Below, piece by piece: positions 9,489-20,011 of a DNA stretch of 62,424 nucleotides. The notes beneath the pieces are model-generated. The model did no database searches and was not told the origin of the DNA. It was given only the letters and a program-made list of their open reading frames with translations. Both the position numbers and the translations under genes were made by a program. The first letter of the stretch is position 1. Every line of letters begins with the position of its first letter. The stretch is from a virus (taxonomy: Duplodnaviria; Caudoviricetes). The stretch covers positions 1 to 62,424 of the IMG/VR virus record IMGVR_UViG_3300042397_000683; one strand, 5' to 3'.

Positions 9489-12400
9489 ATGGCTAAAAGA
9501 CCAATAGATTTCAGCTCATTGACTGTAGCTGCAAGACAAGCTAGTGCTAATCAGAGTTCAGCACCGATAGACTTTAGTTCATTAACCGTTGCTGCAAGAG
9601 GTGGAGAAACTGAATCAGCTATAAAGCCTCTTGTAGAGGAAGACCCTTTTAAAAAAAAAGTCGATACGGGATTATCTGGAACGACAGGTTCTTTGGCTGG
9701 AGTTTCTAAGCCTATCAAGATTGCTACCCCTGTTGCAGAAGAAGGAGATGAGTCTTTTTTCGATAAGCTAAGCGGCATTGCTGGTTCAGTAAAAAATAGT
9801 TTATCTCCCGCAATGAGAGCGCTACCTGTTAATACTCTTGCAGGGGCTGTATCATTTGCTACAAATCTTGTTACTGGCGTTATTAAAGGCTCTATCAGCG
9901 AGCAAGACTTTAAAAGAGACCCATACTTACGCGACATCATTGATACGATAGAGCGCCCGTCTAAAAATTTATCAGAAGCAGCGGCTAGCGTTAATCGCGC
10001 TATAGTACCGCAAATCGAACTTGCTAAAAAACAAGCTGGAATCAAGCAAGAATACCTTAATGCCCCTATCTCTGAGGTAATGACCCAAGACGTTGGACAA
10101 GGGTTTAAAAAGCTTGCACTTGGAGCTATTGAGCAAATTCCTCAGCTTGGATTACTTATGGCTAGCGGAGGCGGAAGCAAAGCAAGAACATTTATTGCAG
10201 GAACAACTCTTGGCACTACTCAAGCTATGCAGCAAGAGTTCGAAAAAGACGGAGACATCTCAGGTATTGATTTGGCTCAATCTGCTATGAAAGGAGTTAT
10301 TGAAGGTCTAACTGAAATGATATTCAATACTGACCTTAAGACTGCTGCTAGCATAGGCAAATCTATTGTAGATGTTACTTTAGATGGTAGCAAAAAAGCC
10401 ATTAAGGATTTAATTGAGAAAGAAGGAAAGGTTGTTGCTAAGCAAATAATTACTCGTAACTACAAAGACGTTGCAAAGAATGGCTTAAAAGGTATGAGCG
10501 AGGAAAGCTTAGAAGAGGTTATTGCTACAGGCGCATCATTTGTTGTAGATACAATTGATTCAGGTAAGCTAAATACAAAGGATTACGAGAGATTAAAATA
10601 TGATTTAATTGACGCTGGTCTTCTTGGCGCAGCTATTGGCGGCCCAATATCAGTTTTCGGAGCAATAGCAACTAAAAAGAGTTTAACAGAAGAGCAGAAA
10701 TCTAGCATAGAAAGATTCCAAGAGGTTGCCAACAATACAGAATTTACGCCTAATCTTAGAAATGCCGCAAAAGAAAGAATAAAAGGTATTATTGAATCTG
10801 ATGCAGACTTAATAGATGAGCAATACAACAAATTGGCTTCACTTCCTCTTGAACAAAGAATAGAAGCTTTCAATCTGCTTGGCGCAATAAAATCGTCAGA
10901 AGCAGACTCTCGTAAGATTAAGGACATTGCGTTACAGGAAGATAATAACAAGATTATTGACGATTTCAAGTTAAGATTGGACGGCATATTTGAAGCCAAT
11001 AAGCCATCTGCTGAGGTAATCGAGAGCCCTAAAGTAGTAACTCCAGAACAAGTAGTAGATTTAGAAAAAGCTCGCCAAGAGGAGTTAGCAAAAGCAGAAG
11101 CTAGCTTTAAGGTTACTATGGGTGTACCTAGTGAGCCAATGAAGATTTCCCCAGAGTTCTCTGTTAAAGCAAAGGCTGAGGACTTAGGTATAAATACAGA
11201 ATATGAGCCATCTCCAAATATGCCACTTGATGTGGTTAAGAAAGAGCAGGCTAAGCCAGTGCAGTTTACTACTAAAGAGAGCCCTGATGCTTTATTGGAA
11301 GGAGATGTTTATGCCGTAAATCAAGGGAATAAGAAATTTGCTACTATCCTTTCTACTAATAGAAATGGCATACAAGAGTACTATGTTCCAGAGATGGATA
11401 ACCCTAAGCCATACTCAAACCTTGATGATGCTAAGTTTGCTGTAGAAGAAAAGCTTAGAGGTAGATTTATACCAGAAATTGAGCGTAGTGGCATTGATAG
11501 ATTGCGCGCTGATAAGTTTATACCTAAGACGGACATTGTCGTTAAAAATGACAATGGGGAGAATGTATTGCTTGATGCAGGTGCTAAGAAATCAATTCAG
11601 AACGCAGTTAAAGCGTTTAAGTCAGTTAGCACAGCCCCTGTATATCTTTATAAAAACACAGAAGACTTCAAGAAAGGCGTTTCCCTGGATTTAGGTCAAG
11701 ATAGCAAAGCGCTAGACGCAGCTGGACAAGTTGGTGGAGGGTTCTTTACTAATCAAAGAAACGAGGACTCTATACATATTAACCTAGCTAATCTTAATCA
11801 AACTACTATTGCTCACGAATTATTCCACGGCACAGTAGTAAACGTTGCTAGACAGAACCCATCAGCATTTGCTGAGATGAGAGATGCTATCGTTAACAAG
11901 CTTGGGGAAAATGACCTAATCAACGTTAGGGACGAGAAGGGTAATTTAGTTAATATGTCTGCTAAAGAGTATTTAGATAGTTATAGCAAGCAATATTCCC
12001 CTTCACAGCAGGCAGAAGAGTTCTTAGGAGAATTAACAGGATTATTAACTACCGATATAGCTAAGCTTAAAGACCCTACTATTTGGGAAACAATTAAGCT
12101 TGCGATTCGTAATTTAGTTAAGACTGCTGGCATCGATATTCCTTTGTTCGAAAAGACTGCCAATGTCAATGAAACAGTTAAATTCTTTAACGACTTAGCT
12201 AAATCATTGCAAACTGGAAAAGAGATTAACATAAGCAAACTTAAATTAAAAGATGAAAAACAAGCCGCTAAACAAGGAGATGCTAAAGGAAAAGCTGATG
12301 AGCAAAGCAAAAACAGAGAAAAAGATGAAAGTCTTCAAGATGATGTTAAGCGAGCTGTCAAAAAAGCAGCAGTAGCTCCTCCAAAAAGAGGTGGAAATCC

Positions 12401-15400
12401 TAATCCAACTACGGTAGCAACAGGTCTATCTAAAAAAGCCTTAGACATTGACCCTACTACTCCAGAGGATTACGCTCTACAATATTTTATTAAAGGTGGA
12501 AAGGTACTTAGAGGTAGCATTAAGCAAGGCACTCAAAAAGGCGCACTTGTATCTTTGTTTACTAAATCAAGACAAGGAGGAGATACAGAAGTTGTATCTG
12601 AGATGCGTCCTAGACTTGCGCTAACAAAAGGCGCTCCGTTTGGATTATCATTAGACGCTATCGCCGAAAGATTGTTTGGCGAATATCAAGCTAACGTATC
12701 TGGTGGAGATTTTGGCACAAACGTATCTTCTGCCTACGATTATATGAATTTCAGAGGAGCGGTTGAATCAGTCCTTATCGACAACAGAACTGCTGGAGAT
12801 ATGGCTGAATCTATCATTAAGTCTAAAGGCAAATTCACGCAAGCGGATAGCTTAGCTTTATCTGAGAACGAAGAATACGAAAAGCTTAGAATCAAAGCTG
12901 AGGCTGATGCTATGGGTATGACTGAGCAAGAGTTCTTAGACAAGGTTACTGAGCTAGAGGATACTCCAGAATTAGAAGCTGTAGAAGAAGCTTATTCTCA
13001 GGCATTAGATTTAATTGAAGACGAAGACTTTGCAAAGCTTTACGAGCTTGATGATAGTGATATTGCCAAGATTGACGAGTTAATGGCTGGAGTTGAGTCT
13101 ACTAATGGAGCGCTAGATGATAAATTAGCCGAGCAAAAGAAAGCTGTTCGCGACTTAGAGAGCGAGAGAAAGAAAGTTGTTTCAGCAATGGAGAAAGCTA
13201 GCAAAGAAACTCAGCTTGATATTACTGGCAAAGCTCCTATTCAAGAGCAGTTATTTGGCGCGGACACTAAATCTTTAACAGATAGATTACAGTCTGTTGA
13301 CGTGCAATTAGCGACTGCTAAAGCGGATGTTGCTGCTACACAATCTGCTATCGATTTCCAAGAAAGAGGAACGGTAGATATGTTTAGTGAGGATGAGAAT
13401 AACCTTATTAAGGAAAAGAGTACCGATATTTTAAAGACCCTTAAATTTGGCGGCAATGAACAATTAGAGGCTTGGACAGAAGAGCTAGAATTGCTTAATG
13501 AAAAAATTAGCAAATTAGAAAGTAGCGGCAAAGGTAGAGGGATGCAATCTTTGGATTTCTTCAAAGAGCAAGCTGACAAATACAGTAAATTGGTAAAAAA
13601 GAAAAAAGTCGAACTATCTAAAATTGAAGCTGAGTTAGCCGCTAGAGAGAAACTAGAAGAAGCTAAGCCGACTGAAGAAGTTGTGCCATCTGATGTATTA
13701 AAAGACGAGAATGGCAAGCCATTGGTTATGTATATAGATGGTAAGACTATTATAGGAACAGGACTTTCTTATGTAGAACTATCTACATTAGAGCCATCCA
13801 AGGAATCTAGTTTCGCCAAGAAAGTTGGATTCAATACAGCTACGGTATCTCTTACTAATTTCAAGAGATTAAACTACGCAGACATCATATTTAATAATAT
13901 TACTACTGAAAAGTTAGTCGGATTACTAAAACAGGCTAAAGAATCTGGAGCTGATGGTGTAATTGCTATAGATGGGGGAGGCAATATTAAAGCCGCCTAC
14001 GTATTTGACGAGGTAAACATAAAAGAGGCTAAGGTTGCCGAAAAACCACAAGCTAAAGAAAAAGCTGCGCCAATAACCTCTGAGCCAATCGCTCAGTTGG
14101 AGCAAAAGCTATATGAAGCAGAATCGGCATTAAGAACAGCTACTACAGGGAGAGCTAAGGTTACAGCGGAAAATAATGTAAACTATCTTAAGAAGGCTAT
14201 TGAGGACAAGAAAGCTGCTTCATTAATTGAAGTAGGCGAGGGTAAATATAATAATACTCAGATTAGACTTGCTGACAGCAAAAAGACTACACCTGAATTG
14301 CAGAGCAGATTAAATGATGTGAAGCAGGAGTTGGATGTCTTAACCGAGAAAATAGAAGTAAGAGAGGCATTAACTGAAGCTTTCCGTACTGGCGTAAATG
14401 CTAAGCAAGATGCAAGCTTAAACAAACTTGTTAATTCACGCATTGAGCTAAAGGCTGAAGAGGAAAATATCACTAAGGCTCTTGAGTTAAGAAAATCTCG
14501 TGAGACAAAGGCTCCTATTGAATCAAAAGCATCTAAAGAAATTGAATCTATTAATAGAGAGATTCAGCAATACGAGATTGAGATTGAAAATGCACTAGAG
14601 GAAATCGAGAACACTAAGTCTAATTACAAAGAGGACGTTAACCGTATCGCAATAGCGAAGATGGACTTAAAGGCAGCTAAGCTTAGTAGAGATGAAAAGG
14701 CTGATAGATTAGAGGAATTAAAGGCGGAAGTAGAGGATTTAGCAGACGAAAGAGATACTTATATTGAGCAATACAAAGATGATATAGCTAACGCTAAAGC
14801 GGAAATTAAGAAACTTAATAAGCGTTTAGCTAAGTTACAGGAATCAACTCCTTCTGCTAAATTCCAGAAGCAAGGCATATCTGTAGCACCTAAATCTGCT
14901 CAAGAAACTAATGCGCAATTCCTTGCAACTAGAAACGGTACTCCTATTGGCTTTAACTATGACACAGACTTAGTAGCTAGAGAGCGCTTTAATATACCTA
15001 CTCTTAAGAAAATTGGAGAAGGTAGCGATAGAGTTGTATTTGACTTAGGAGACAACAAGGTGCTTAAGGTTGCTAAAACTGCTCGTGGTTTAGCTCAAAA
15101 CATCCACGAAGGAAGCTATGATTTGGTAGAAGAAGGCATATTGCCAGAGGTATTTGAAAGCGGATTAAACTACATTGTAGCTGATAAAGTAGAGCCAGCG
15201 AAAGGCAACAAAGCTGTAAATGATTTAATTCGCGACCTAAAGAACTTTACTCAAAGCGATTTCGATACGCGTAATTCTAGGCTACAAGATGTACTAGAGG
15301 CTAACGACTTAAGCTATGTAATGAACTATGATGTTCTTTACGGAGATTTATCTGCGGCAAGAAACTGGGGCGTTAAAAACGGAAAACCAATCCACCTTGA

Positions 15401-18185
15401 TGGCGGAACTTTTGGTGGCGTACAAATGATAAACCAGTATAAAGGCATTAAGAACCTTGAAGACAGCGACTTTAGAGATGTTTATAATAAGAGTCGTCAG
15501 GCTAAAACTAAATTTGGAGACAAAGACACATTTACTAAATTCCAGAAGCAAGGCGTATCTGTTGCTCCAACGTACAAGTATCAAATGAACGAAATGTTCA
15601 AAGACCCTCAGCGCCTAACAAGAGACGTTGCGGCGAAATATGATATCCGTACAACACTTAATGAGAGAGGCAAGATTGAGGGTAGTCTTATCGAGGTTGA
15701 ACGCGCTATTACAGACCAGGTTGTCACAAGAGCCTTATCTAAGGTCGGCGTTGCCACATTTAAAACTATTGGCGCAATTGAAAATGCTCCATTATTTAAA
15801 GCAGGTACAGGAAAAACTGTTAAGCTTAAAGATGCTTTAACAGGATGGGCTGGATATACTGGCAATAATTTACGCAATGCTACATTAAAGGCTATCCAAA
15901 GCAACAACAAATATGCTGCTTCAACAGCTAGAGTTGCTGCATCACTTATTGGGAACTTAGCTAAGTCGGATGTATTACAACAACAAAGAGCATTAAGAAG
16001 TGGCTCTCAGTTAGATGCCAACAACTCTATTGCAATGCTGTCAAAAGGATTGAATGGAATGATTGGATTTGACGACAAGGCATTGATGCGTGTGCATTCA
16101 TTACTTGACCCAGAGGCATTTGAGATAATGGGAAGCGAAGATGCTGTTACGTCTCCATCTGACTTATCATTACAGGAACTTAGGTTGTATAATACCTTAC
16201 GCGATATGAATGATTTCATTCACGAATGGCATTATCAAAACGAGTTTATCGACCAGCCTACCTACGACAAGCATAAAGGCAAATACTTTGCTCGTATGTA
16301 CGAGGAGATTGAGAGAAAAGAGTTTGCTGATTTGCACGATGCTATTGACAAGATGCCGTCTGGCGCAGACTTCAGAATGTTTAAGGCGCGCAAAGACTTC
16401 TCTGAAATTGAGCTTACATTAATGAATGACCCTATTTATATTACATCTAAGCGTTTAGCTACGATGTTGCATAATAAGGCTACATTAGAGTTCTGCAACG
16501 CAATGGCTGCTGACCCATCTTATACTACATATAAGAATGCCGCAGATATTCCAGAGAACAACATAAGAGGATTTAAGTTATTAGATTCTCGCGGAGGAGG
16601 AAAGAGATACGGAGACTTAACAAACAGATATGTGCCATTAGCCTTATACGAAGAGCTAAGAGGGACTACTTTTGCTAACAAATTCGTGTCAGCATCTTAC
16701 GACGCATTGCGTATGTATGATGGATTAGCTATTCGCCAATTCTTTAAGAAGACTAAAACATTATACAACCCGACAACACGCCTAGGTAACATTACTACCA
16801 ACTTTGCGTTTGCTTGGCTTGCAGGCGTTGACCCCTTTACAATGATGAAGAATCGTGTTAAGGCAAAAGATTCATTAGATAATTATGATGATTTTGCTAA
16901 GGATTTAGCTGTAGCTGGTGTCCTTGGAACAGATGTTATTGTGGCTGATTTGTCTCAGAAAAAAGATGCAGCTGGAGTGACTGGATTCTTAGAGAAAGTT
17001 GGCCTAAATAAAGAGATTGCTGATAAAGCTAGAGCGGTAGACAAGTATATGATTGAGTCTTACGGAAGAACCGATGATGTAGCTAAGATTTCTTTATACC
17101 GCTCACTAATCGAAGACTATGGAAAATCTAAAGAAGAGGCTTTACGCACCGTAGGGGAATCAATGCAGAACTACGCGACAGTAGGAAAGGCTTATCAATA
17201 CTTCTCTAAGATGCCATTGATTGGAAATCCATTCGTTAAGTTTAGCTCTGATATGGCTAGAATCGTAGCTAACGGATTTGCTAAAAGACCTTTGTATATG
17301 GCTTCATTCTTAGGTATGATGTATGGCACAGCTAGATTACTATCTAACTTATCTGGAGAGCCAGAGGAAGAAAGAGAGGCTCGCGAATCTCGCGCGTTTA
17401 TTCCTAAGATTCCTTTAGGATTCACAGATATTCCATTGACTTGGAAAGTTGGCAAGTATGAGGTTAATGCCGCGCGCTTTATTTCTCCTTACTATGTGTA
17501 TGATGCTGGATATCGCTCTAATACACTAGCTGAGCTAACTAAGTTTGCGCCAATCCAGTTGTCTTATGAGAATAAGGTTGGAGTTGCATCTGATTATATG
17601 CCACTAATGAGTGACCCATTCATTGCTCCATTGGCGCAGGTTTTATTAGATAAAGACTTTAGAGGATTGCCTATTGCAGACCCCAATGGAAGCAAGTATA
17701 CTGCTCAAACAGTTACTGAAGGAGAAGCACTTTGGAATCGCGCAAATTATTTAGGCAATAGCTACGCGTCTCCTATTTGGGGATATGTATCAAACTTGTA
17801 TGCAGCAGCGACTGGACAAGGAGATATTTATGGAAGAAGAAGAGATATACCTAGTGCAATCCTCAATAGCGTAATTAAGGTTCAAGAAATGGAATCTAAG
17901 GACGTACAGAAGGCGGTAATCAATCAGGTTAAGTATATTGACTCAGAGTACAAGCAGATTAAGACTGACATCACTTCAAGAAGAAATGACGACATCGAAA
18001 AGATTCAAGAAGTAGTTGGCTCTGATGCTACAGAAGCTCAAAAGGAAAACCAAATCTTAAACATAAGAGCGTCTTATAGCAATTTTGTTGAAGAAAGAGT
18101 TAATAGAATGAATGAGCTTAAGATAGACAGACAGCTTCCGATAGAGAGATTGTACAAAATCCAAAACCCAAAGAAGAATGATTAA
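9489..18185 (+). CDS. Giant polyvalent ejection protein (zincin metallopeptidase, degenerate ART-like, kinase-like and LPD38-like domains)
   Basis: HELFH plus downstream EEF (zincin); 'KDENGKPLVMY...GADGVI...YVFD..NIK' (ART-PolyVal-like); 'IGEGSDRVVF...VLK...GDL...RNWG...LDGG' (kinase-like); 'PLAQVLLDKDFRGLPI' (LPD38-like). Confidence 0.75.
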   Translation: MAKRPIDFSSLTVAARQASANQSSAPIDFSSLTVAARGGETESAIKPLVEEDPFKKKVDTGLSGTTGSLAGVSKPIKIATPVAEEGDESFFDKLSGIAGSVKNSLSPAMRALPVNTLAGAVSFATNLVTGVIKGSISEQDFKRDPYLRDIIDTIERPSKNLSEAAASVNRAIVPQIELAKKQAGIKQEYLNAPISEVMTQDVGQGFKKLALGAIEQIPQLGLLMASGGGSKARTFIAGTTLGTTQAMQQEFEKDGDISGIDLAQSAMKGVIEGLTEMIFNTDLKTAASIGKSIVDVTLDGSKKAIKDLIEKEGKVVAKQIITRNYKDVAKNGLKGMSEESLEEVIATGASFVVDTIDSGKLNTKDYERLKYDLIDAGLLGAAIGGPISVFGAIATKKSLTEEQKSSIERFQEVANNTEFTPNLRNAAKERIKGIIESDADLIDEQYNKLASLPLEQRIEAFNLLGAIKSSEADSRKIKDIALQEDNNKIIDDFKLRLDGIFEANKPSAEVIESPKVVTPEQVVDLEKARQEELAKAEASFKVTMGVPSEPMKISPEFSVKAKAEDLGINTEYEPSPNMPLDVVKKEQAKPVQFTTKESPDALLEGDVYAVNQGNKKFATILSTNRNGIQEYYVPEMDNPKPYSNLDDAKFAVEEKLRGRFIPEIERSGIDRLRADKFIPKTDIVVKNDNGENVLLDAGAKKSIQNAVKAFKSVSTAPVYLYKNTEDFKKGVSLDLGQDSKALDAAGQVGGGFFTNQRNEDSIHINLANLNQTTIAHELFHGTVVNVARQNPSAFAEMRDAIVNKLGENDLINVRDEKGNLVNMSAKEYLDSYSKQYSPSQQAEEFLGELTGLLTTDIAKLKDPTIWETIKLAIRNLVKTAGIDIPLFEKTANVNETVKFFNDLAKSLQTGKEINISKLKLKDEKQAAKQGDAKGKADEQSKNREKDESLQDDVKRAVKKAAVAPPKRGGNPNPTTVATGLSKKALDIDPTTPEDYALQYFIKGGKVLRGSIKQGTQKGALVSLFTKSRQGGDTEVVSEMRPRLALTKGAPFGLSLDAIAERLFGEYQANVSGGDFGTNVSSAYDYMNFRGAVESVLIDNRTAGDMAESIIKSKGKFTQADSLALSENEEYEKLRIKAEADAMGMTEQEFLDKVTELEDTPELEAVEEAYSQALDLIEDEDFAKLYELDDSDIAKIDELMAGVESTNGALDDKLAEQKKAVRDLESERKKVVSAMEKASKETQLDITGKAPIQEQLFGADTKSLTDRLQSVDVQLATAKADVAATQSAIDFQERGTVDMFSEDENNLIKEKSTDILKTLKFGGNEQLEAWTEELELLNEKISKLESSGKGRGMQSLDFFKEQADKYSKLVKKKKVELSKIEAELAAREKLEEAKPTEEVVPSDVLKDENGKPLVMYIDGKTIIGTGLSYVELSTLEPSKESSFAKKVGFNTATVSLTNFKRLNYADIIFNNITTEKLVGLLKQAKESGADGVIAIDGGGNIKAAYVFDEVNIKEAKVAEKPQAKEKAAPITSEPIAQLEQKLYEAESALRTATTGRAKVTAENNVNYLKKAIEDKKAASLIEVGEGKYNNTQIRLADSKKTTPELQSRLNDVKQELDVLTEKIEVREALTEAFRTGVNAKQDASLNKLVNSRIELKAEEENITKALELRKSRETKAPIESKASKEIESINREIQQYEIEIENALEEIENTKSNYKEDVNRIAIAKMDLKAAKLSRDEKADRLEELKAEVEDLADERDTYIEQYKDDIANAKAEIKKLNKRLAKLQESTPSAKFQKQGISVAPKSAQETNAQFLATRNGTPIGFNYDTDLVARERFNIPTLKKIGEGSDRVVFDLGDNKVLKVAKTARGLAQNIHEGSYDLVEEGILPEVFESGLNYIVADKVEPAKGNKAVNDLIRDLKNFTQSDFDTRNSRLQDVLEANDLSYVMNYDVLYGDLSAARNWGVKNGKPIHLDGGTFGGVQMINQYKGIKNLEDSDFRDVYNKSRQAKTKFGDKDTFTKFQKQGVSVAPTYKYQMNEMFKDPQRLTRDVAAKYDIRTTLNERGKIEGSLIEVERAITDQVVTRALSKVGVATFKTIGAIENAPLFKAGTGKTVKLKDALTGWAGYTGNNLRNATLKAIQSNNKYAASTARVAASLIGNLAKSDVLQQQRALRSGSQLDANNSIAMLSKGLNGMIGFDDKALMRVHSLLDPEAFEIMGSEDAVTSPSDLSLQELRLYNTLRDMNDFIHEWHYQNEFIDQPTYDKHKGKYFARMYEEIERKEFADLHDAIDKMPSGADFRMFKARKDFSEIELTLMNDPIYITSKRLATMLHNKATLEFCNAMAADPSYTTYKNAADIPENNIRGFKLLDSRGGGKRYGDLTNRYVPLALYEELRGTTFANKFVSASYDALRMYDGLAIRQFFKKTKTLYNPTTRLGNITTNFAFAWLAGVDPFTMMKNRVKAKDSLDNYDDFAKDLAVAGVLGTDVIVADLSQKKDAAGVTGFLEKVGLNKEIADKARAVDKYMIESYGRTDDVAKISLYRSLIEDYGKSKEEALRTVGESMQNYATVGKAYQYFSKMPLIGNPFVKFSSDMARIVANGFAKRPLYMASFLGMMYGTARLLSNLSGEPEEEREARESRAFIPKIPLGFTDIPLTWKVGKYEVNAARFISPYYVYDAGYRSNTLAELTKFAPIQLSYENKVGVASDYMPLMSDPFIAPLAQVLLDKDFRGLPIADPNGSKYTAQTVTEGEALWNRANYLGNSYASPIWGYVSNLYAAATGQGDIYGRRRDIPSAILNSVIKVQEMESKDVQKAVINQVKYIDSEYKQIKTDITSRRNDDIEKIQEVVGSDATEAQKENQILNIRASYSNFVEERVNRMNELKIDRQLPIERLYKIQNPKKND

Positions 18186-18324
18186 GAAGATAAAAGGAGG
18201 CTACAAGTTAGTCTCCAAAACAACTGGCCGCAATCTAGGTACTGCTAAAACTAAAGCAGGTATAGAAAAGCGTGAGAAACAAGTAAATTATTTTAAGTAT
18301 CTTGCATCGAAAAAGAAAAAATAA
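18178..18324 (+). CDS. Small basic protein (48 aa, not in ORF track)
   Basis: MIKKIKGGYKLVSKTTGRNLGTAKTKAGIEKREKQVNYFKYLASKKKK; resembles a conserved 'RNLGT...E..V.YFK' small-protein family; overlaps the upstream stop. Confidence 0.75.
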   Translation: MIKKIKGGYKLVSKTTGRNLGTAKTKAGIEKREKQVNYFKYLASKKKK

Positions 18325-18328
18325 TACT

Positions 18329-18475
18329 ATGAAAAATGGGCTATACGCTAATATTCACGCTAAGCGGAAACGAATTGAAGCTGGTTCTGGAGAAAAAATG
18401 AGAGCTCCAGGCCAAAAAGGCGCGCCAACTGCTAAACAATTTAAGCAGGCGGCTAAAACAGCTAAGAAGAAATGA
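18329..18475 (+). CDS. Small basic conserved phage protein (48 aa, not in ORF track)
   Basis: MKNGLYANIHAKRKRIEAGSGEKMRAPGQKGAPTAKQFKQAAKTAKKK, a motif I recognise from aquatic phages; ATGA overlap with next gene. Confidence 0.8.
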   Translation: MKNGLYANIHAKRKRIEAGSGEKMRAPGQKGAPTAKQFKQAAKTAKKK

Positions 18476-18783
18476 TTAGAGATTCTATAAAAAATAAGTT
18501 ACAGAAGTACGGACTAGAGGGTGTTAATAAACCTAAGAGAAGTACTCAGGGCGGGAAGTCTCATATTGTTCTTGCAAAAGACGGAGACCGAGTTAAACTT
18601 ATCCGCTTTGGACAAGCTGGCGTTAGAACAAATCAAACAGTAGGTCAACGTGAAGCATTTCAATCTCGCCACGCAAAGAACATTGCTAAGGGTAAAATGA
18701 GTGCCGCATATTGGGCAAATAAAGTAAAATGGTCTCCAAGTAAAACAGCATCTCCATCTAAAAAATGGGTTAAAGGTTCATAA
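18472..18783 (+). CDS. Small basic conserved phage protein (DUF6321-like)
   Basis: 'KLIRFGQ...FQSRH...SAAYWANKVKW' motif. Confidence 0.7.
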   Translation: MIRDSIKNKLQKYGLEGVNKPKRSTQGGKSHIVLAKDGDRVKLIRFGQAGVRTNQTVGQREAFQSRHAKNIAKGKMSAAYWANKVKWSPSKTASPSKKWVKGS

Positions 18784-18785
18784 TT

Positions 18786-19298
18786 ATGTTATCTAACTTA
18801 TCAGATTTATTAATGAGTAGAGTGTCTCCTGACCCAGTTCAGCCGACAGCTACATCACAGACGTCTATGGTTGCTATGTCTCCACAGTCGCAAGCTCAAG
18901 CTTCGGCGCCAATGCCTCAAGCTAAGTATTTGCAGAAAGGACAGCCTGTTAAGCAGTTTAATGCAATGACAGCCAATATGAGCGCTGGCAACCCTACAGG
19001 AACTGCTGGCAAAGACAAATATAAAGCATTGCTTAAAGGAGACTATACTGCATTAAATCCTAAAGACTTTGGCGGCTCATCTGAAAAAGCTTTTATGGCA
19101 GAATCAGATGAAATGAAGTTTAAGCGCTCAAGAATGAGAGATAGCATATCTGAAGAGGAACTGAATGAGATGTTATATTTTAGAGAACAAGCAGACGCAA
19201 TGAGAGCAGAACTCCTTAAGTCAGGCAACTTGTCCAGAAAACAAATAGACGAAAAAGTGTTAGCGCACATCAAGTCTCTTGGATACAGAGGATACTAA
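18786..19298 (+). CDS. Hypothetical protein
   Basis: 170-aa ORF tightly packed in the operon. Confidence 0.6.
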   Translation: MLSNLSDLLMSRVSPDPVQPTATSQTSMVAMSPQSQAQASAPMPQAKYLQKGQPVKQFNAMTANMSAGNPTGTAGKDKYKALLKGDYTALNPKDFGGSSEKAFMAESDEMKFKRSRMRDSISEEELNEMLYFREQADAMRAELLKSGNLSRKQIDEKVLAHIKSLGYRGY

Positions 19299-19761
19299 AC
19301 CACATAAACGGAACTGCCCTATATGCCAAAGAGAACTTGGGTATAAGGACATCTCTGAAAGAAACAGGTCAGTAAAGAACAAAACTCCTTGCAGACCTTG
19401 CGCTAATACTATAAAGGGGCATAAGGGCTATTACGAAGATATTCCTATCTCTTGGTTTGCTGCTAAGGCTAGACGAGGAGGTCAAAGGAATTACGAGTTC
19501 ACGATTACTATAGAAGACGTTTGGGACATCTACATTGCGCAAGGAAAGGTTTGCGCTCTGACAGGTGTCCCAATTGATTTTAATGGCACAGCATCTTTAG
19601 ACAGGATAGATAGCGCAATAGGATATGTGCGCGAGAATATACAGATTGTCCACAAGCACATTAATTATATGAAATACATCTATTCACAGGATTACTTCAT
19701 TAAAATGTGTAATTTAGTAGCTCGAAAACATAAAGTTGATAGTGATGAAGAAAACGGCTAA
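19279..19761 (+). CDS. HNH-like endonuclease with zinc finger
   Basis: CxxC pairs; 'CALTG...ASLDRIDSAIGYVRENIQIV...IN.MK' motif. Confidence 0.7.
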   Translation: MDTEDTKPHKRNCPICQRELGYKDISERNRSVKNKTPCRPCANTIKGHKGYYEDIPISWFAAKARRGGQRNYEFTITIEDVWDIYIAQGKVCALTGVPIDFNGTASLDRIDSAIGYVRENIQIVHKHINYMKYIYSQDYFIKMCNLVARKHKVDSDEENG

Positions 19762-20011
19762 ATACTACGCTGCTAACCCAGAGGCTAAGGCCAAGAAAGA
19801 CGCATACAACAAAGAGTTTAATCGTAAGCCAGAACAGCGCGCTAAGAGAGCGGAGCTAGTAAAGGTTAATCGCGAGAAAGGAACTTATGGTAATGGCGAT
19901 GGCAAGGATGCTTCCCATACCAGTAAAGGGATTGTAATGAAAAAAGCCTCCACTAATAGAGGCTCTAAATCGGATTCAGCTGGCGACAGACGCGCGCGCG
20001 GAAAGAAGTAA
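19745..20011 (+). CDS. Small basic HNH-like protein
   Basis: 'GDGKDASH...STNRG' motif; ATG at 19745 preferred over 19736. Confidence 0.6.
   Translation: MKKTAKYYAANPEAKAKKDAYNKEFNRKPEQRAKRAELVKVNREKGTYGNGDGKDASHTSKGIVMKKASTNRGSKSDSAGDRRARGKK

Noticed and set aside
9551-17455. Many antisense and alternate-frame ORFs in the track (here and elsewhere)
   Set aside because: Shadow ORFs of long genes, with no motifs or expression signals
9489-18185. Virion RNA polymerase as in crAss or N4 phages
   Set aside because: No DxDxD or other polymerase catalytic motif recognised; domains fit a polyvalent protein
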